From: Nitrospirota bacterium
Lineage (GTDB): Bacteria; Nitrospirota; UBA9217
Reading direction: 5' to 3'
DNA: 64,000 nucleotides
Assembly: GCA_963737155.1 (NCBI GenBank)
Contig: CAVTRN010000002.1
Span: 2,784,001 to 2,848,000 of the forward strand
Shown here: piece after piece, positions 30,080-41,047 of the stretch
Numbering within the stretch: position 1 is the first letter of the stretch
Layout of the letters: every line of letters begins with the position of its first letter
Notes under the pieces: model-generated
What the model saw: only the letters and a program-made list of their open reading frames with translations
Told to the model about the DNA's origin: nothing
The model's database searches: none
Program-made: the position numbers and the translations under genes

Positions 30080-31846
30080 CTAGTACGCGAAATAGGGTCC
30101 TGTCCCCAGGCTGGATGCCTGGCCTTCAATCCCCGCATAAACGAATCTTCCAAAAAAGAATGGCAGCCCCCAGTCGAACATGTTCGGCAATTCCGCGCCA
30201 ATGTCACTAAACACATTATAATCGGAACTGGTTAAGGTGTTAAAGTTTCCTATCTGGAACGGGACCGTAGCGCTGGTGTATTCCGAAGCGCCGCTATTAA
30301 CTGCAGAAAAGTTCGTAACGATCAACGGGCAGAACCAGCCCCCCGAATTTGATGAACTGCATAAGGGAAGTATGCTGGCCGAAGATGGCGGGAAAAACAA
30401 CCCGTTCGAGCCACTGTCGATGATGCTGGTGTAGATCGAGCCGGGGACGGGAAATTCTGTGCTTATTTCTCCGACATCGTCGGTTTCATACGCCTCAACG
30501 CCCGATGGCGCGTTGTTTGACTGGGTGCCGATTCCAAGGACGAGATTGCCATTTGCTGAAGACATCCCTTCTTGAGGTACGCTCGGAAGCTCCACAATTA
30601 CGCCGTTGTTGTCCGTGGGGAGGCTAGTAACGGGATTCTGGACCTGATCAGTAAGCGCTACCGCGGCCCCTATACAGTTCGAGCTACTATTCGAACCGCT
30701 ACAGGAATAGTAGTTCTCATTATCAACAATACTTTGGCATCCCGGACCGCAGTCCTCGTTGAAAACGCCAACACCCAGAATACCGGTGAAGCCGGCTTCA
30801 CTGGGTAATGTATCCGGCGTATCACAGGCGTTTGGAACAGTACCAAATGCGGAATCGATTACCTGGATCGGAACCCGGACAGCGGGCTCATTCCCCAAGA
30901 TAACATCGGCCAATTGAACAGGCCCCCAGACCGATGAGCCATCGCCAAACGATGCGCACTCAGCAAGCAATCCTCCATTGCTAGCGAGAACCTGCGTCAG
31001 AGAAATGGTCAGCGCTTGACTGAAAATTCTCAGGCCGTAGCTTCCTGTATCTAGGAGAATATCATTGATTGTATTACAAGCTGTGGTCGAACCGGGAGTG
31101 CACACAGTCACGCTGACGCAAGGCTTGTTGATATAAGACGATGAAGTAGCCGGAGAACAGAGCGAGCCATTCACCGTGATGGATAGCACATTATCAACGG
31201 TCGTCGCATTCCCGCCGCTCACTGTCAGTGTCACCGAGCCTGAGATGGATCCAGACCTTGCAACAATCAACGTTGTACCCGATGCCAGTGACGTGACCAA
31301 CCCATTGGATCCCGTTGCATTGCTAACCACGGCGATTTCAGGGGTCGAAGAGGTCCAAGTGACCGATGTAGTCAGGTTCGTTGTCGTATTGTTCGTAAAT
31401 ATACCTGTGGCGGTAAACTGTTCAGTCGTCCCTACGGGAATACTTGAAAGTGTAGGCTCCACCGCGATTGATACCAATGCCGCCTGGGTCACTGTCAGCG
31501 TCGTGGATTGCGAAAAGCCCCCATAGGAGGCCGCAATCGTTGTGGTACCTATCGCAACGGATGTGACTACCCCTGTTGAACTGTCGATTGTTGCCACACC
31601 GGGATTGGAGGAATTCCACGTAGCCGCTGTTGTTATGATTTTTTGCGGGCCATCCGAATAATTCCCCGTAACGTAACATTGTTCCGACATCCCTTCAGAA
31701 AGGGTCGGATTAACCGGCGAGAGGGTAATAGATACAAGTGTCGATGTCCCACTGGATACTACCCCCCCGGTGGAGATTCCTCCTCCTCCACAACCGGCCG
31801 TTATAACAAGAACAGACAGAAGTACCAGTACGCTACTTGATTTCAT
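30080..31846 (-). CDS. DUF3443-family lipoprotein with two Ig-like (Big_2) domains and pepsin-like DTG/DSG motifs
   Basis: Lipobox TAGC; WNSSNPGVATI and WTSSTPEIAVV; LLDTGSYGLRI; IIDSGSNGLF; FDWGLPFFFGR. Confidence 0.85.
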   Translation of the reverse strand: MKSSSVLVLLSVLVITAGCGGGGISTGGVVSSGTSTLVSITLSPVNPTLSEGMSEQCYVTGNYSDGPQKIITTAATWNSSNPGVATIDSSTGVVTSVAIGTTTIAASYGGFSQSTTLTVTQAALVSIAVEPTLSSIPVGTTEQFTATGIFTNNTTTNLTTSVTWTSSTPEIAVVSNATGSNGLVTSLASGTTLIVARSGSISGSVTLTVSGGNATTVDNVLSITVNGSLCSPATSSSYINKPCVSVTVCTPGSTTACNTINDILLDTGSYGLRIFSQALTISLTQVLASNGGLLAECASFGDGSSVWGPVQLADVILGNEPAVRVPIQVIDSAFGTVPNACDTPDTLPSEAGFTGILGVGVFNEDCGPGCQSIVDNENYYSCSGSNSSSNCIGAAVALTDQVQNPVTSLPTDNNGVIVELPSVPQEGMSSANGNLVLGIGTQSNNAPSGVEAYETDDVGEISTEFPVPGSIYTSIIDSGSNGLFFPPSSASILPLCSSSNSGGWFCPLIVTNFSAVNSGASEYTSATVPFQIGNFNTLTSSDYNVFSDIGAELPNMFDWGLPFFFGRFVYAGIEGQASSLGTGPYFAY

Positions 31847-32325
31847 TAACACTTACTCCTTGCGGAATTAGAGCCGGAGCATAAGCACGGCCCTGTAGAT
31901 TCCTCATGTGCCCCCATTTCTCAACAACAACCCGGTCCGTTTTGATCTGGCGAAACCGGTGCCCGGGCGTGCGTGGAGACTGTTGAAGCGCTGTCCGGTA
32001 AGCATTGGCGTAAGAACCGAGAAGGGTGGTAAGATCGGGGCGGGACATACCATTCCAGGCAATGCCGAATACCATTCCAGGCAATGCCGAATACGATGCC
32101 AGACGGGGCAATATATTCCCGGACCGTAATTATATCGGACACGATTTCCTGAACTTGGTAACCATCGTGGACAATGACTAAACCCCGCGTTGCCGCAAGT
32201 GCCTTACGGTCAGAGCTAATTGAACCTACGGATTCACCGAGCACTGCCAAGGCAGGTTTGGCCACCACCAGCACTGTTACTAGAAAAGCGATGCGGATGA
32301 ACCAGGAACAGATTTCATTTTTCAT
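31833..32325 (-). pseudogene. DUF2844-family secreted protein frameshifted by a 22-bp tandem duplication
   Basis: VREYIAPSGIVFGIAW then shift; other frame GMSRPDLTTLLGSY...GHMRNLQGRAY.P; removing 22 bp gives a 471-nt ORF. Confidence 0.85.
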
Positions 32326-33089
32326 AAAAATGAACTCCTTCTTCCGGAATATTGAGTATTCGAGTCAACAGTCATCGCAAAAACTGTTTCATTCCGTAGA
32401 TCGTCGCTCGATATCCTATTCAGACTTCCCACGCTATTGAGATGCATGGCAAGGTCGCATATGGTTAATGATACAATTTCTCATGGTAATAAATCAAGAG
32501 TGAACAGCAATCCGCAGTAATTCCATAACAACATGGAAAAAAACTAAACAGTACGGGATAATACCTTATGATGATATCACTTGCGGCATATTCGGAAGGG
32601 TTTTTTAAAGACGTTTTTGACGAAAAAGGTTGCCCTAAAACATTATTTCCCCGGGAAGCGGGAATTAGCCCCTAATGCCAAACCGGCCGTTTTTAGTCGC
32701 GAAGAAACTCGCTTTACGCGTTATCACCTGCGAGGCATTCGACCCCGCATCTTACAAAAAAAGGGATGCTTACCACTCTTGGCCTGCCAAACATAAGGTT
32801 CCCCGCCATGGAGTTATAAACTCCGCGCTTATCGGGTTAGGTAACCATTCAAGTACTATTTTAAATACTAATTTAATCCTAGTGGGTTGTTTAGGATAGC
32901 TATCGTTTTTCTAAAAGATTTTCAGAGGGAAATATATTTGCTGCGTGATTACTGAGTATTCAGGTCTGTCTGGCTAATGATTTGTCTTTTTTGTGTAAAT
33001 TTGATTCATTTGATCGATGGAAACGAGAATGAGATGCATGCCTTACGGACCACCTCTTGCATGGTCAAAAACCTCTATGGCGTTCGCGG

Positions 33090-33827
33090 TCATCGCCGGT
33101 ACCATCTTTCCAGACGCTCAGGCGGCACGCCCAGGCAGTATAAGATCTGCAGCGTCAAGTTTCTTAACGTGCAGTACAGAATCCCTTCGGCCGTGTATCG
33201 GCGAGGCGAGGTTATCACTTTCGCAGAGATGAGAGCAATGCTGTCACCGCGCCTTCGTATGCGCCTCATCAATTCCACATCTTCCATGATGGGGATGTTC
33301 CGATATCCGCCTAGTTCCTGAAAATAACCACTGCGAATGAATATAGCCTGGTCACCGAAGGGGACCCGGGTGAGGCGAGTGCGGAGATGGACATATCTTT
33401 CCGTGATTTTGAAAATGCGCCGATTGGTATCGAACCCGAGATCAAAGGCTCCGGCAACGACACGCCGGTCGCTCATCGTTTTTTGGATCATGAGGAATGC
33501 CTCCGCAGGCAACAGTGTATCGACATGGAGGAAAACCAGGATTTCGCCCCTTGCAATCGTCGCTCCGTTATTCATCTGGCGGGCGCGGCCGCGCTCACAT
33601 ATTGTTTTCCGAACGCACCCCGCTGTTATGATTTTGATCGTGCTGCCCGACTGTTCACCGTCCACTACAATGATCTCTACACCACCGCTGGACTTCTGTT
33701 CAAGAAGACGGCTAATCGAAGCATTGATGATCGATGATTCCCGCCATACAGGCAAGATGACCGAAAATAGGGGAGGACTCAACTCAAAACAAGAGTCGAA
33801 TTGCATTATTTCCCCCGTGCATTCCAT
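33090..33827 (-). CDS. TIGR04283-family GT2 glycosyltransferase
   Basis: SVILPV; GRARQMNNGA; FLHVDT; PFGDQAIFI; PIMEDVEL; TSPRRY. Confidence 0.9.
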   Translation of the reverse strand: MECTGEIMQFDSCFELSPPLFSVILPVWRESSIINASISRLLEQKSSGGVEIIVVDGEQSGSTIKIITAGCVRKTICERGRARQMNNGATIARGEILVFLHVDTLLPAEAFLMIQKTMSDRRVVAGAFDLGFDTNRRIFKITERYVHLRTRLTRVPFGDQAIFIRSGYFQELGGYRNIPIMEDVELMRRIRRRGDSIALISAKVITSPRRYTAEGILYCTLRNLTLQILYCLGVPPERLERWYRR

Positions 33828-34230
33828 GCTATCCGTATGACCTCGATGCGTTCCTGTTTAAAACCAAAGTGCGATTATCCAAGGCGCCATACCGACTGAA
33901 CCTGGATTACGTGTGCGTTTTCGTCAAAAAAGATTTCGACATTGTCTACGAACCGCCAAATTGCGCTGGTGTAATCAGCACGGACATAGCTATCCCTTCC
34001 CTCGGTGATCATGGCCCGTTTCATCTGCCCGATAATTTTTCAGATCGGCCAAGGCTTCCTCCTTGGATCCTGAGTAAAGCCGCGGTTCAAATACTGCTCT
34101 CGGTCCGTGCTTCTGCCTTAAACTCAATTTGGCGTTTCCGGGCAAGGGCCAACCATCCATCTCGGAGCCCGAAAATTATCGGGGGCACACCAAAACATTC
34201 GAACAAAATAAACTTTCTGCGAGGCTCGAA
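33820..34230 (-). pseudogene. DUF1499-like protein pseudogene
   Basis: Fragments PCPETP, YSGSKEEALADL, YVRADYTSAIWRFVDNVEIFFD across frames. Confidence 0.55.
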
Positions 34231-34536
34231 ACCGCTTCTGTCGCAAGTCCACTATTCATCATTACGCCAATTGGGGGTAGACTATAAATATCGTCCAGAG
34301 AAAACATATCCCACCTCCCCAAAAAAGTATATAAAAATCGTTTCGCCTGATCTTCCACTCTTTATGAATCTCCCGCTCTTCAATAGAACTTTATTTCTTC
34401 CTTAGATTAACAGAACCGACCACCGCATTTCACCCCTAATTTCAACGTTGCTTGTTCCCACAAAAAATGCTCAACAAGGACTGGCATATGGATCCCCCAA
34501 TTTATCTGCGTTACTTTCGTATTTTGTCGATCCGGC

Positions 34537-35541
34537 CTATACATAATCCTCCCTCCTTACAACACCAATGACAGGCTCATTGTCCAGAAAACGCTTCACA
34601 TTCTCCATAGCCCGCCTTGTTGCTTCGTCAGCGGTTCCCGGGACCATTGTTGAATTGTGCGGCGAACCGATCAGGTTGGGCAACTCAAGAAAGGGATAAC
34701 TCGTATAAAATTCACCGTGCAAGAAGGGTTCGACCCACCAGGCGTCAATGCCCGCCGAAAAATCGGGGTTGCTTACAAGATGAGCAAAGAGCGCGGCTTC
34801 GACTATAATTTCGCCACGCGCCACATTGACCAGAATAGCATTCGGCTTCATCCAGTCGAGTTCCTGCTTGCCTATGAGGCCGCGCGTTTCTTTCTTGAGT
34901 GGCAGGGAAATAACAAGGACGTCCGATACAGAAAACACCTGTTTAAGACTGTCCAGTGTACCAATGAAATCGACCGGTTCATCGGTCCTACCGCTGGTGT
35001 TTACCGCGAAAATCCGCATGCCCAAGCCGCGCATCAGCCGGGCCGTTGCTCGGCCGATTCCGCCGAAACCGAGAATCCCGCAAATTGATCCCTTCAGTTT
35101 ACAGTTCAGCACCGATTGATTAAATTCTCCCCGCATGAGATTGCGATGCTGCCTAAAAAGATTCTTGGCCAGTGCAAGGGTCATGGCAAGAACGTGCTCA
35201 GCCATGGGTTCTGCATAGGCGCCGACGTTGCCGGCGATAACAATATTCTCGGGTACTTCAGCATAAGGTACGGAATCCGCGCCTGCCGAAAGCAGCTGTA
35301 TCATCCTGACGCTCTTCAGCAGGCCGAATTCACTCGGTCCCAATTCCTTCCGCAGATTCCAGGACAACATGGCTTCCCCATTGATGAGCGTTTGCTGCCT
35401 CAACCCGGACGGCATGTCGGTGAGGAATGACACGTATGATTCCCTTCCGAAATATTCCCTTATCTGAGCCCGCATCGACTCTCCTGCTTTATAGGTGACG
35501 ACGATAGAGTGTTTAAACTGATTTTCGGGCGAATTTGTCAT
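34537..35541 (-). CDS. D-2-hydroxyacid dehydrogenase
   Basis: GILGFGGIG; LPL..ETRGLI; LVNVARG; DAWWVEP; SPHN. Confidence 0.9.
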   Translation of the reverse strand: MTNSPENQFKHSIVVTYKAGESMRAQIREYFGRESYVSFLTDMPSGLRQQTLINGEAMLSWNLRKELGPSEFGLLKSVRMIQLLSAGADSVPYAEVPENIVIAGNVGAYAEPMAEHVLAMTLALAKNLFRQHRNLMRGEFNQSVLNCKLKGSICGILGFGGIGRATARLMRGLGMRIFAVNTSGRTDEPVDFIGTLDSLKQVFSVSDVLVISLPLKKETRGLIGKQELDWMKPNAILVNVARGEIIVEAALFAHLVSNPDFSAGIDAWWVEPFLHGEFYTSYPFLELPNLIGSPHNSTMVPGTADEATRRAMENVKRFLDNEPVIGVVRREDYV

Positions 35542-35574
35542 ACCTTAGTTCTTATCCTCTCTAATTCTTTCTTT

Positions 35575-37005
35575 TTGACATTTTCCCCGGCCTAAAGACC
35601 GAGGATTGCCGAATCAAGCCCTGTTACTACTACCAAGAACCACTGCAGATTCTGTTCGCAGATTCGGCAGAGATGTTTGCCACGTCCCCGGCTTGTGGGC
35701 TGATGTAATGGCCTGGTATTCTTCTAGGCACACCGGTTAACCGCTGGATGTGCCAAGCAGCCAGTACTCCAGGAAACCTTTATTTGCTCCGGGAGATTCT
35801 TTTCAAAATGTTGATTGCCCCTCTTACTTCAGCATTGATTACGGTGCCGTATTGGTTGCAAACGTAGAGACCACAATGCACACGATTGGATTTCCGCTTT
35901 AAATAACAATTACAACAGGTTTGGCTCGAGCAGCCTCATCTATTTTCACAACGCGGATACCCTTAGCACTGGCTTTGCACGTAAGCATTTTAATGATCAA
36001 GTCAAACGGCCATTTGTGGAGTTGCTGATTTCCCCTGTTTCCCCAGTCTTTGCCACCTCTAATTCCATGGAGGTCCCCCACGATGATCGTGGAGACGTCT
36101 GCATCGCTGACAAGAGCTTTGGTTAAGCGGTGAAGCAGGTGGGAACGTTGGCGAGACCGTTTTTGGTTAAGACTGGATGCTTTTCCGGATTTGCTCCTTT
36201 TGGTCTTTGATACTTCTTTGTCAAAATATCGCTCACCAGAAATTAATTCTCCACCAGGCCAAAGGGATGTAGTCCCCTCTGTACAAGCATAGCAGCAGAA
36301 TTTATTATACCAAGATCGATGGCCATCGTTTCCCCGGATCCTTTCAGTGCGGGGGGAAGGAATTGTATAGACGAGATGGACATACCACTCGTCATAGTGA
36401 TAGACCTATGTGTCTATCTGAATATTGTCTTCGGCCAGACGGGTTCCCTCAGGCAGACTGAGTTTAAGATATATGGATTTTTTGTCATAGATGCCTTTTG
36501 GTATGCTGAACCGGCCCGTAGATGTGCGTGAGTTCCAGGTAACAGCCTTTTCCTTAAAGGTAACAGAAGAGAGAATCGTTTTTCGTCTGAAACCAGGCGG
36601 CTTGGCTTTCTTATCTCCTTTTTTGCGAAGTGCATGACATGATTTATATAATTGCCACAGCACTTCCAGCACAGCTTGAGCACTTTGCGAGTGCAGTTGG
36701 CGATACCAGAGAGGGTGCTTTTGTTTAATAGCGACATCAAGATCGGCGTAGGTGAGTATCTTGCCTGTGGCGTCCCAGACTTCTTTTGCATGCTGCAGGG
36801 TTGTGTTCCAGAGCTTTGTTGCAGAATGCTTTACCGACAAGTGTCATTGTTTAGACCTTAGTATCTTTCGAGGGCTCAAACCATCATTATTGAGTATATC
36901 ATACTAGAGTGCATTTGCCACTCGATAGTGATAGAATCTCACTTTGTTGTTTTGCAACCAGTGTCTTATCTCCGACCTGAAGAGGCGAGATTTACGGTGT
37001 AGGAG
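35575..37005 (-). mobile_element. IS605/IS1341-type element with decayed tnpB
   Basis: LHSQSAQ, KAKPPGFRR, ETMAIDLGI, IIVGDL, NAEVRGAINILK in different frames; right end ...TGTCAA at 35575; left-end-like hairpin at about 36965-37000. Confidence 0.8.
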
Positions 37006-37400
37006 AATAAATATAACACGGGTTGAATATATATCGGATGCCAAGATCGGAGTTCATTGTTCGGCGTTCACTGCAAGTGAACTGAGTCGATATCTGACAG
37101 GTAGTGAGATTAAGTAAACTATCGCGCTTGTCCGCGTTTCCGCGCGATTTATTTGCTTTTCAATCGCTAAAAAACTCCATGAAATTGTTTTGCTCAGTAA
37201 TGTTCGTCCCGTGGCTTCGCGTGGCCGCACTGCCAGCCTTTGTTGCCCCTCTTCATGCGATGGATTGATCATGACTAGGATTGTCATGAAAGACGTCAAA
37301 GGCAACCGCCTAGCCGGATCCGGTATAGCGCAAGGAAAGCCCAATTACGGCAATCTCTGCCTCGGAACAGGAACACAGATTTACAATTTTGCAGTGGTTA

Positions 37401-38515
37401 TTAATCGTCTCATAATAGTATTAACACTAATTATGCCGCATACTTTGTTGTTTCGTTATTAAAGTAAGCGCGCACACGATCAGGAGACTTTTGGATAAAC
37501 CTCAAATGACTGACTACTGCACCATGTAATTGTTCCGGTGAACTAATTGCCTGACGACCAACTGCATTGTTCTTCAGGTCATTCCAGACTCTCTCATCGG
37601 GATTCAGCTCTGGAGAATACGGCGGTAAAAAGAACAGACGAAACTTTTCCTTAATGGTTTCAATATAGTTAGAAACCTTGCGAGACTTGTGTGACGGATG
37701 ACCATCAACGATGAGAAATATCATCCGTTTGCTGCCTTGAATAAGCCGCTTTATGAATTCAATAAATTGCTGCGACGCTACGCGACCTTTGACTACCATG
37801 AACCTAAATTCGCCTTGTGCACTAACAGCCGAAATCATATTCAATCCGAAGCGCGCTCCTGTGCTGCTCACAATCGGGGTCTCACCCTTCATGGCCCAAG
37901 TGGTGCCCGCATGATGATCAGAGCGAACGCCAGCTTCATCTCCAAAGAAGATTTGAGCCTTCATGCGACGCGCCATGCTTCGTATCCGAGGATACTCCTT
38001 CTCCAGCCACTCCTGAACCGCTGCCGGCTTTTGCTGATAGGCACGCCAAACAGGACGCTGTGGAGTCAATCCCAACTGTCCCAGCAAACGACAAACGGAT
38101 GCTTTGCTCAATCTCATACCAAATCGCTTATATATTACCTGCCCAATGATCTTCGCTGTCCACAGGGCATAGGTAAACTTCAACTGAAGCGGATTTTTCG
38201 TGGTCACAGTACGATAAACCCATTCTATAGCCTTAGCATCCATTTTTGGCGGGCGACCGCCTCGTTTGTTGGCATCAAGAGCACCCCAGCCCCCGTTTCG
38301 ATATCGTGCCAACCAGCCATAGATGGTGACGCGATTTATACCCAGGGCTTTGGCCACCAGTTCGGGGCTTTGTCCTTCCTGGACACTATTTACCGCACGC
38401 TTTCTGAGCTCAGTCAGAGTTTTATGGTCAAGATTTCTCGCATCTGCTTTTTTCTTCATGAAAATAACTATACCACAGATGCAAGATTATGTCAATACTA
38501 TTATGAGACGGTTAA
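37401..38515 (-). mobile_element. IS630-family IS, intact
   Basis: 26-bp TIRs (24/26 match) at 37401-37426 and 38490-38515, flanked by duplicated TA. Confidence 0.93.
37431..38459 (-). CDS. IS630 transposase
   Basis: HTH; FFGDEAG; IVDGHPSH; LPPYSPELNPDERVW. Confidence 0.95.
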   Translation of the reverse strand: MKKKADARNLDHKTLTELRKRAVNSVQEGQSPELVAKALGINRVTIYGWLARYRNGGWGALDANKRGGRPPKMDAKAIEWVYRTVTTKNPLQLKFTYALWTAKIIGQVIYKRFGMRLSKASVCRLLGQLGLTPQRPVWRAYQQKPAAVQEWLEKEYPRIRSMARRMKAQIFFGDEAGVRSDHHAGTTWAMKGETPIVSSTGARFGLNMISAVSAQGEFRFMVVKGRVASQQFIEFIKRLIQGSKRMIFLIVDGHPSHKSRKVSNYIETIKEKFRLFFLPPYSPELNPDERVWNDLKNNAVGRQAISSPEQLHGAVVSHLRFIQKSPDRVRAYFNNETTKYAA

Positions 38516-39112
38516 TAATATTGCCGTTTTCTCGAAAGCACTCTCGGAGAAGATGGCGGGTTTAGGATTTGCTTCCCTGTCTCACGATAGAGAAATCGAC
38601 ATACATAGTGGTTACCTAAATATCACGGTAATAACTATTCCTAAATCTATTCCCCGCGGCAAGCTGCGGGGAATAGCAAGTCTAATAACAAAACTATAAG
38701 TGAATTTCAGTGGCTACACATTTAGGGCAAACAATAACCTAACCCGTTGCAAGATAGGAGATTAATATCAATGAATCCGCGCCTCCCATGGGACGGGCAT
38801 CCGCTACGGTACACGCCAATTGGCACCTGGTGAGTTTCGACTATGACTAACATGTCCTTCACAGCCCCGGTTGAAGCTTTGGAGAGCTCAATTTCGATAT
38901 CAGCAATATCTTCTGATATGAACGTTCTCATTTATAAGAGAATCGGGCATAAAAATACATTTGCACGTTTTTATCAATTTGGCTGCTGAACTCTGGAGAT
39001 CAAACGTTTTTCTCCTGCTGGACGTCTGAGCCGCGGCGTGGTAATATATGTTAACAAGCATTACCGATCCCACACCGGGCTCCGCCCAGCGTGGGCTGGA
39101 AATGAATTGATC

Positions 39113-41047
39113 ATGTCCATACATAGAAAAATCATAATCATAATCGGCCTTGGAATGTTCCTGTTCATGGCGATCGTCTCATTGTCTCTCATGAGCGTAG
39201 TGACTACGTTTTCTTCCATAACAAGTGAGGTAGAGCACACTTCCGGCGAGACACAACTTATCGCGAATGTCGGAAAAGCGATCTTGGAAATGTCCTACTC
39301 AGTTCGCCATTACATCGTAGCGGGAGATAAAAAATACCGAAATGACTACGATACTGCGCGATTGCAAATGCATGAGGAGATAGACAGGCTTGCGGCATCT
39401 GAATTGAAAGCAACTTACCCTCACGTAATCGATTCCCTGCGGTTGAATGCCACCTGGCTCGAGATGCAAGCCGATCATCTCTTTGCTTTGGAACATCCCC
39501 TGGGAAAAGATCGGGTCAATGCCCGCAATCTGGTTATCGGAATAGATAATCTGACCGAAAGGACCAGAAAGGACATCGAGACTCACGTCAAGGAGGAATA
39601 CGCACTTCAGAATTCGCGTCTCTTCGACTACGTTTATTTTCAGAAGACACGGATAGTAGAACTCTTTGTCGTCATTCTGCTTCTGTCGCTCTGCTTTTTG
39701 ATCGGCTTCAGCATGTACATCCACCGCACGGTCGCCGAACCCTTTTCGGCGCTTTGGAACGGAGCTATGGAAATCAGCCGGGGCAATCTCGAATACCGCA
39801 TCCGGCTGGATGGAACTAGTGACGTTGCACAGCTCGCGGAGCGGTTCAATGACATGGCCGTGCAGCTCAAACGGTCGTATTCCGAGCTGGAAAAGAAGCT
39901 GCTAGACCGCACTAACGAACTGACCGCCATCGACGACGTGGCCCTTACCCTCAGTCAAGCAGCCAGTCTCAAGGAAATGTTGTCTCGGTCACTCGACAAG
40001 ATCATCGAGAGCCTATCCGGTCTGGAGTCTCGTGGCGGGGTGTTCCTCTGCGACCCTGATGGTGAAACGCTACGCCTTGTAGCGCACAGCAATCTGCCTC
40101 TCCTTTTCGTCGAGCAAGAGGAAACAATTAAAATGGGCGAGTGCCTTTGCGGTATAGTAGCCCAGAGCGGAGAAATTCTCTATACCGAGAACAGCTGCTC
40201 AGATGTGCATCACACGCGCAGTAAAGACACAAATCCCCACTCGCACATCATTATTCCGATCAAGTCGCGCGGCATCGTGCTTGGCGTCATCTTTCTGTAT
40301 CCCCAGAAAGAGTTCTCGCTCAAACCGTCAGACCTTCAGATGCTTGACACGATCGGCGCTCAGCTCGGGATGGCCGTCGAAAACCTTCGGTTTTACGCCG
40401 AGGTGAAGGATTCAAGTGAAAAATTTTGGGACTTGTTTGAGAACTCCAGTGATATTCTTTTTACCATTGACACATCGGGCACATTGACGGCAGCCAACAG
40501 CGCTGCGGAAAAATTTTCTGGCTACACCAAACCCGATCTTATCGGCAAAAGCGTGTTCGATTTTCTCACTCCCGAAGCAGCACAGATGGCGAAGCAGATG
40601 ATGAACCGCAAAGGCGTTGCTGCGCGGCAAGTGGTTGAGTTCGAAATACTCAAACGGGATGGAACCCGCGCATTTATCGAAATGAACGCACGCAGACTTT
40701 ACCGGCAGAGGATGCCAGCCGGATACCAGGTCTCGGCCCGGGACATGACGGAACAGAAACTTATCAGGGAAAAGCTTATGAAAGCTGAGCGGCTAGACGC
40801 CATCGGAGAAATAGTAATTGCCGTGCGGCATGAGGTCAACAACCCTCTCACAACCATCATTGGCAACCTTGAACTGCTCATTGAACGCTACGGAGATCAG
40901 GACAAGAATCTCCTGTACCGGCTTGAGAGCATTTTGAACAACTCTCTCAGGATAGCTGAAATCGTTAAACAGCTCCAAGCCATCAAGCGCGACAAAATTG
41001 TGGAGTACATCAACGGCGTTTCTATGACGGACTTGAAGCAAGAGTAA
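39113..41047 (+). CDS. membrane sensor HAMP-GAF-PAS-HisKA without an ATPase domain
   Basis: Two TM helices; HAMP (LAERFNDM); GAF (GECLCG); PAS; VRHEVNNPLT, then the protein ends. Confidence 0.85.
   Translation: MSIHRKIIIIIGLGMFLFMAIVSLSLMSVVTTFSSITSEVEHTSGETQLIANVGKAILEMSYSVRHYIVAGDKKYRNDYDTARLQMHEEIDRLAASELKATYPHVIDSLRLNATWLEMQADHLFALEHPLGKDRVNARNLVIGIDNLTERTRKDIETHVKEEYALQNSRLFDYVYFQKTRIVELFVVILLLSLCFLIGFSMYIHRTVAEPFSALWNGAMEISRGNLEYRIRLDGTSDVAQLAERFNDMAVQLKRSYSELEKKLLDRTNELTAIDDVALTLSQAASLKEMLSRSLDKIIESLSGLESRGGVFLCDPDGETLRLVAHSNLPLLFVEQEETIKMGECLCGIVAQSGEILYTENSCSDVHHTRSKDTNPHSHIIIPIKSRGIVLGVIFLYPQKEFSLKPSDLQMLDTIGAQLGMAVENLRFYAEVKDSSEKFWDLFENSSDILFTIDTSGTLTAANSAAEKFSGYTKPDLIGKSVFDFLTPEAAQMAKQMMNRKGVAARQVVEFEILKRDGTRAFIEMNARRLYRQRMPAGYQVSARDMTEQKLIREKLMKAERLDAIGEIVIAVRHEVNNPLTTIIGNLELLIERYGDQDKNLLYRLESILNNSLRIAEIVKQLQAIKRDKIVEYINGVSMTDLKQE

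Noticed and set aside
37020-37400. Gene interrupted by IS630
   Set aside because: Joining the flanks gave no ORF I could recognise
37698-38699. 333-aa plus-strand ORF and other long antisense ORFs (e.g. 16521-17249, 56329-57105)
   Set aside because: Shadows of well-supported genes on the opposite strand
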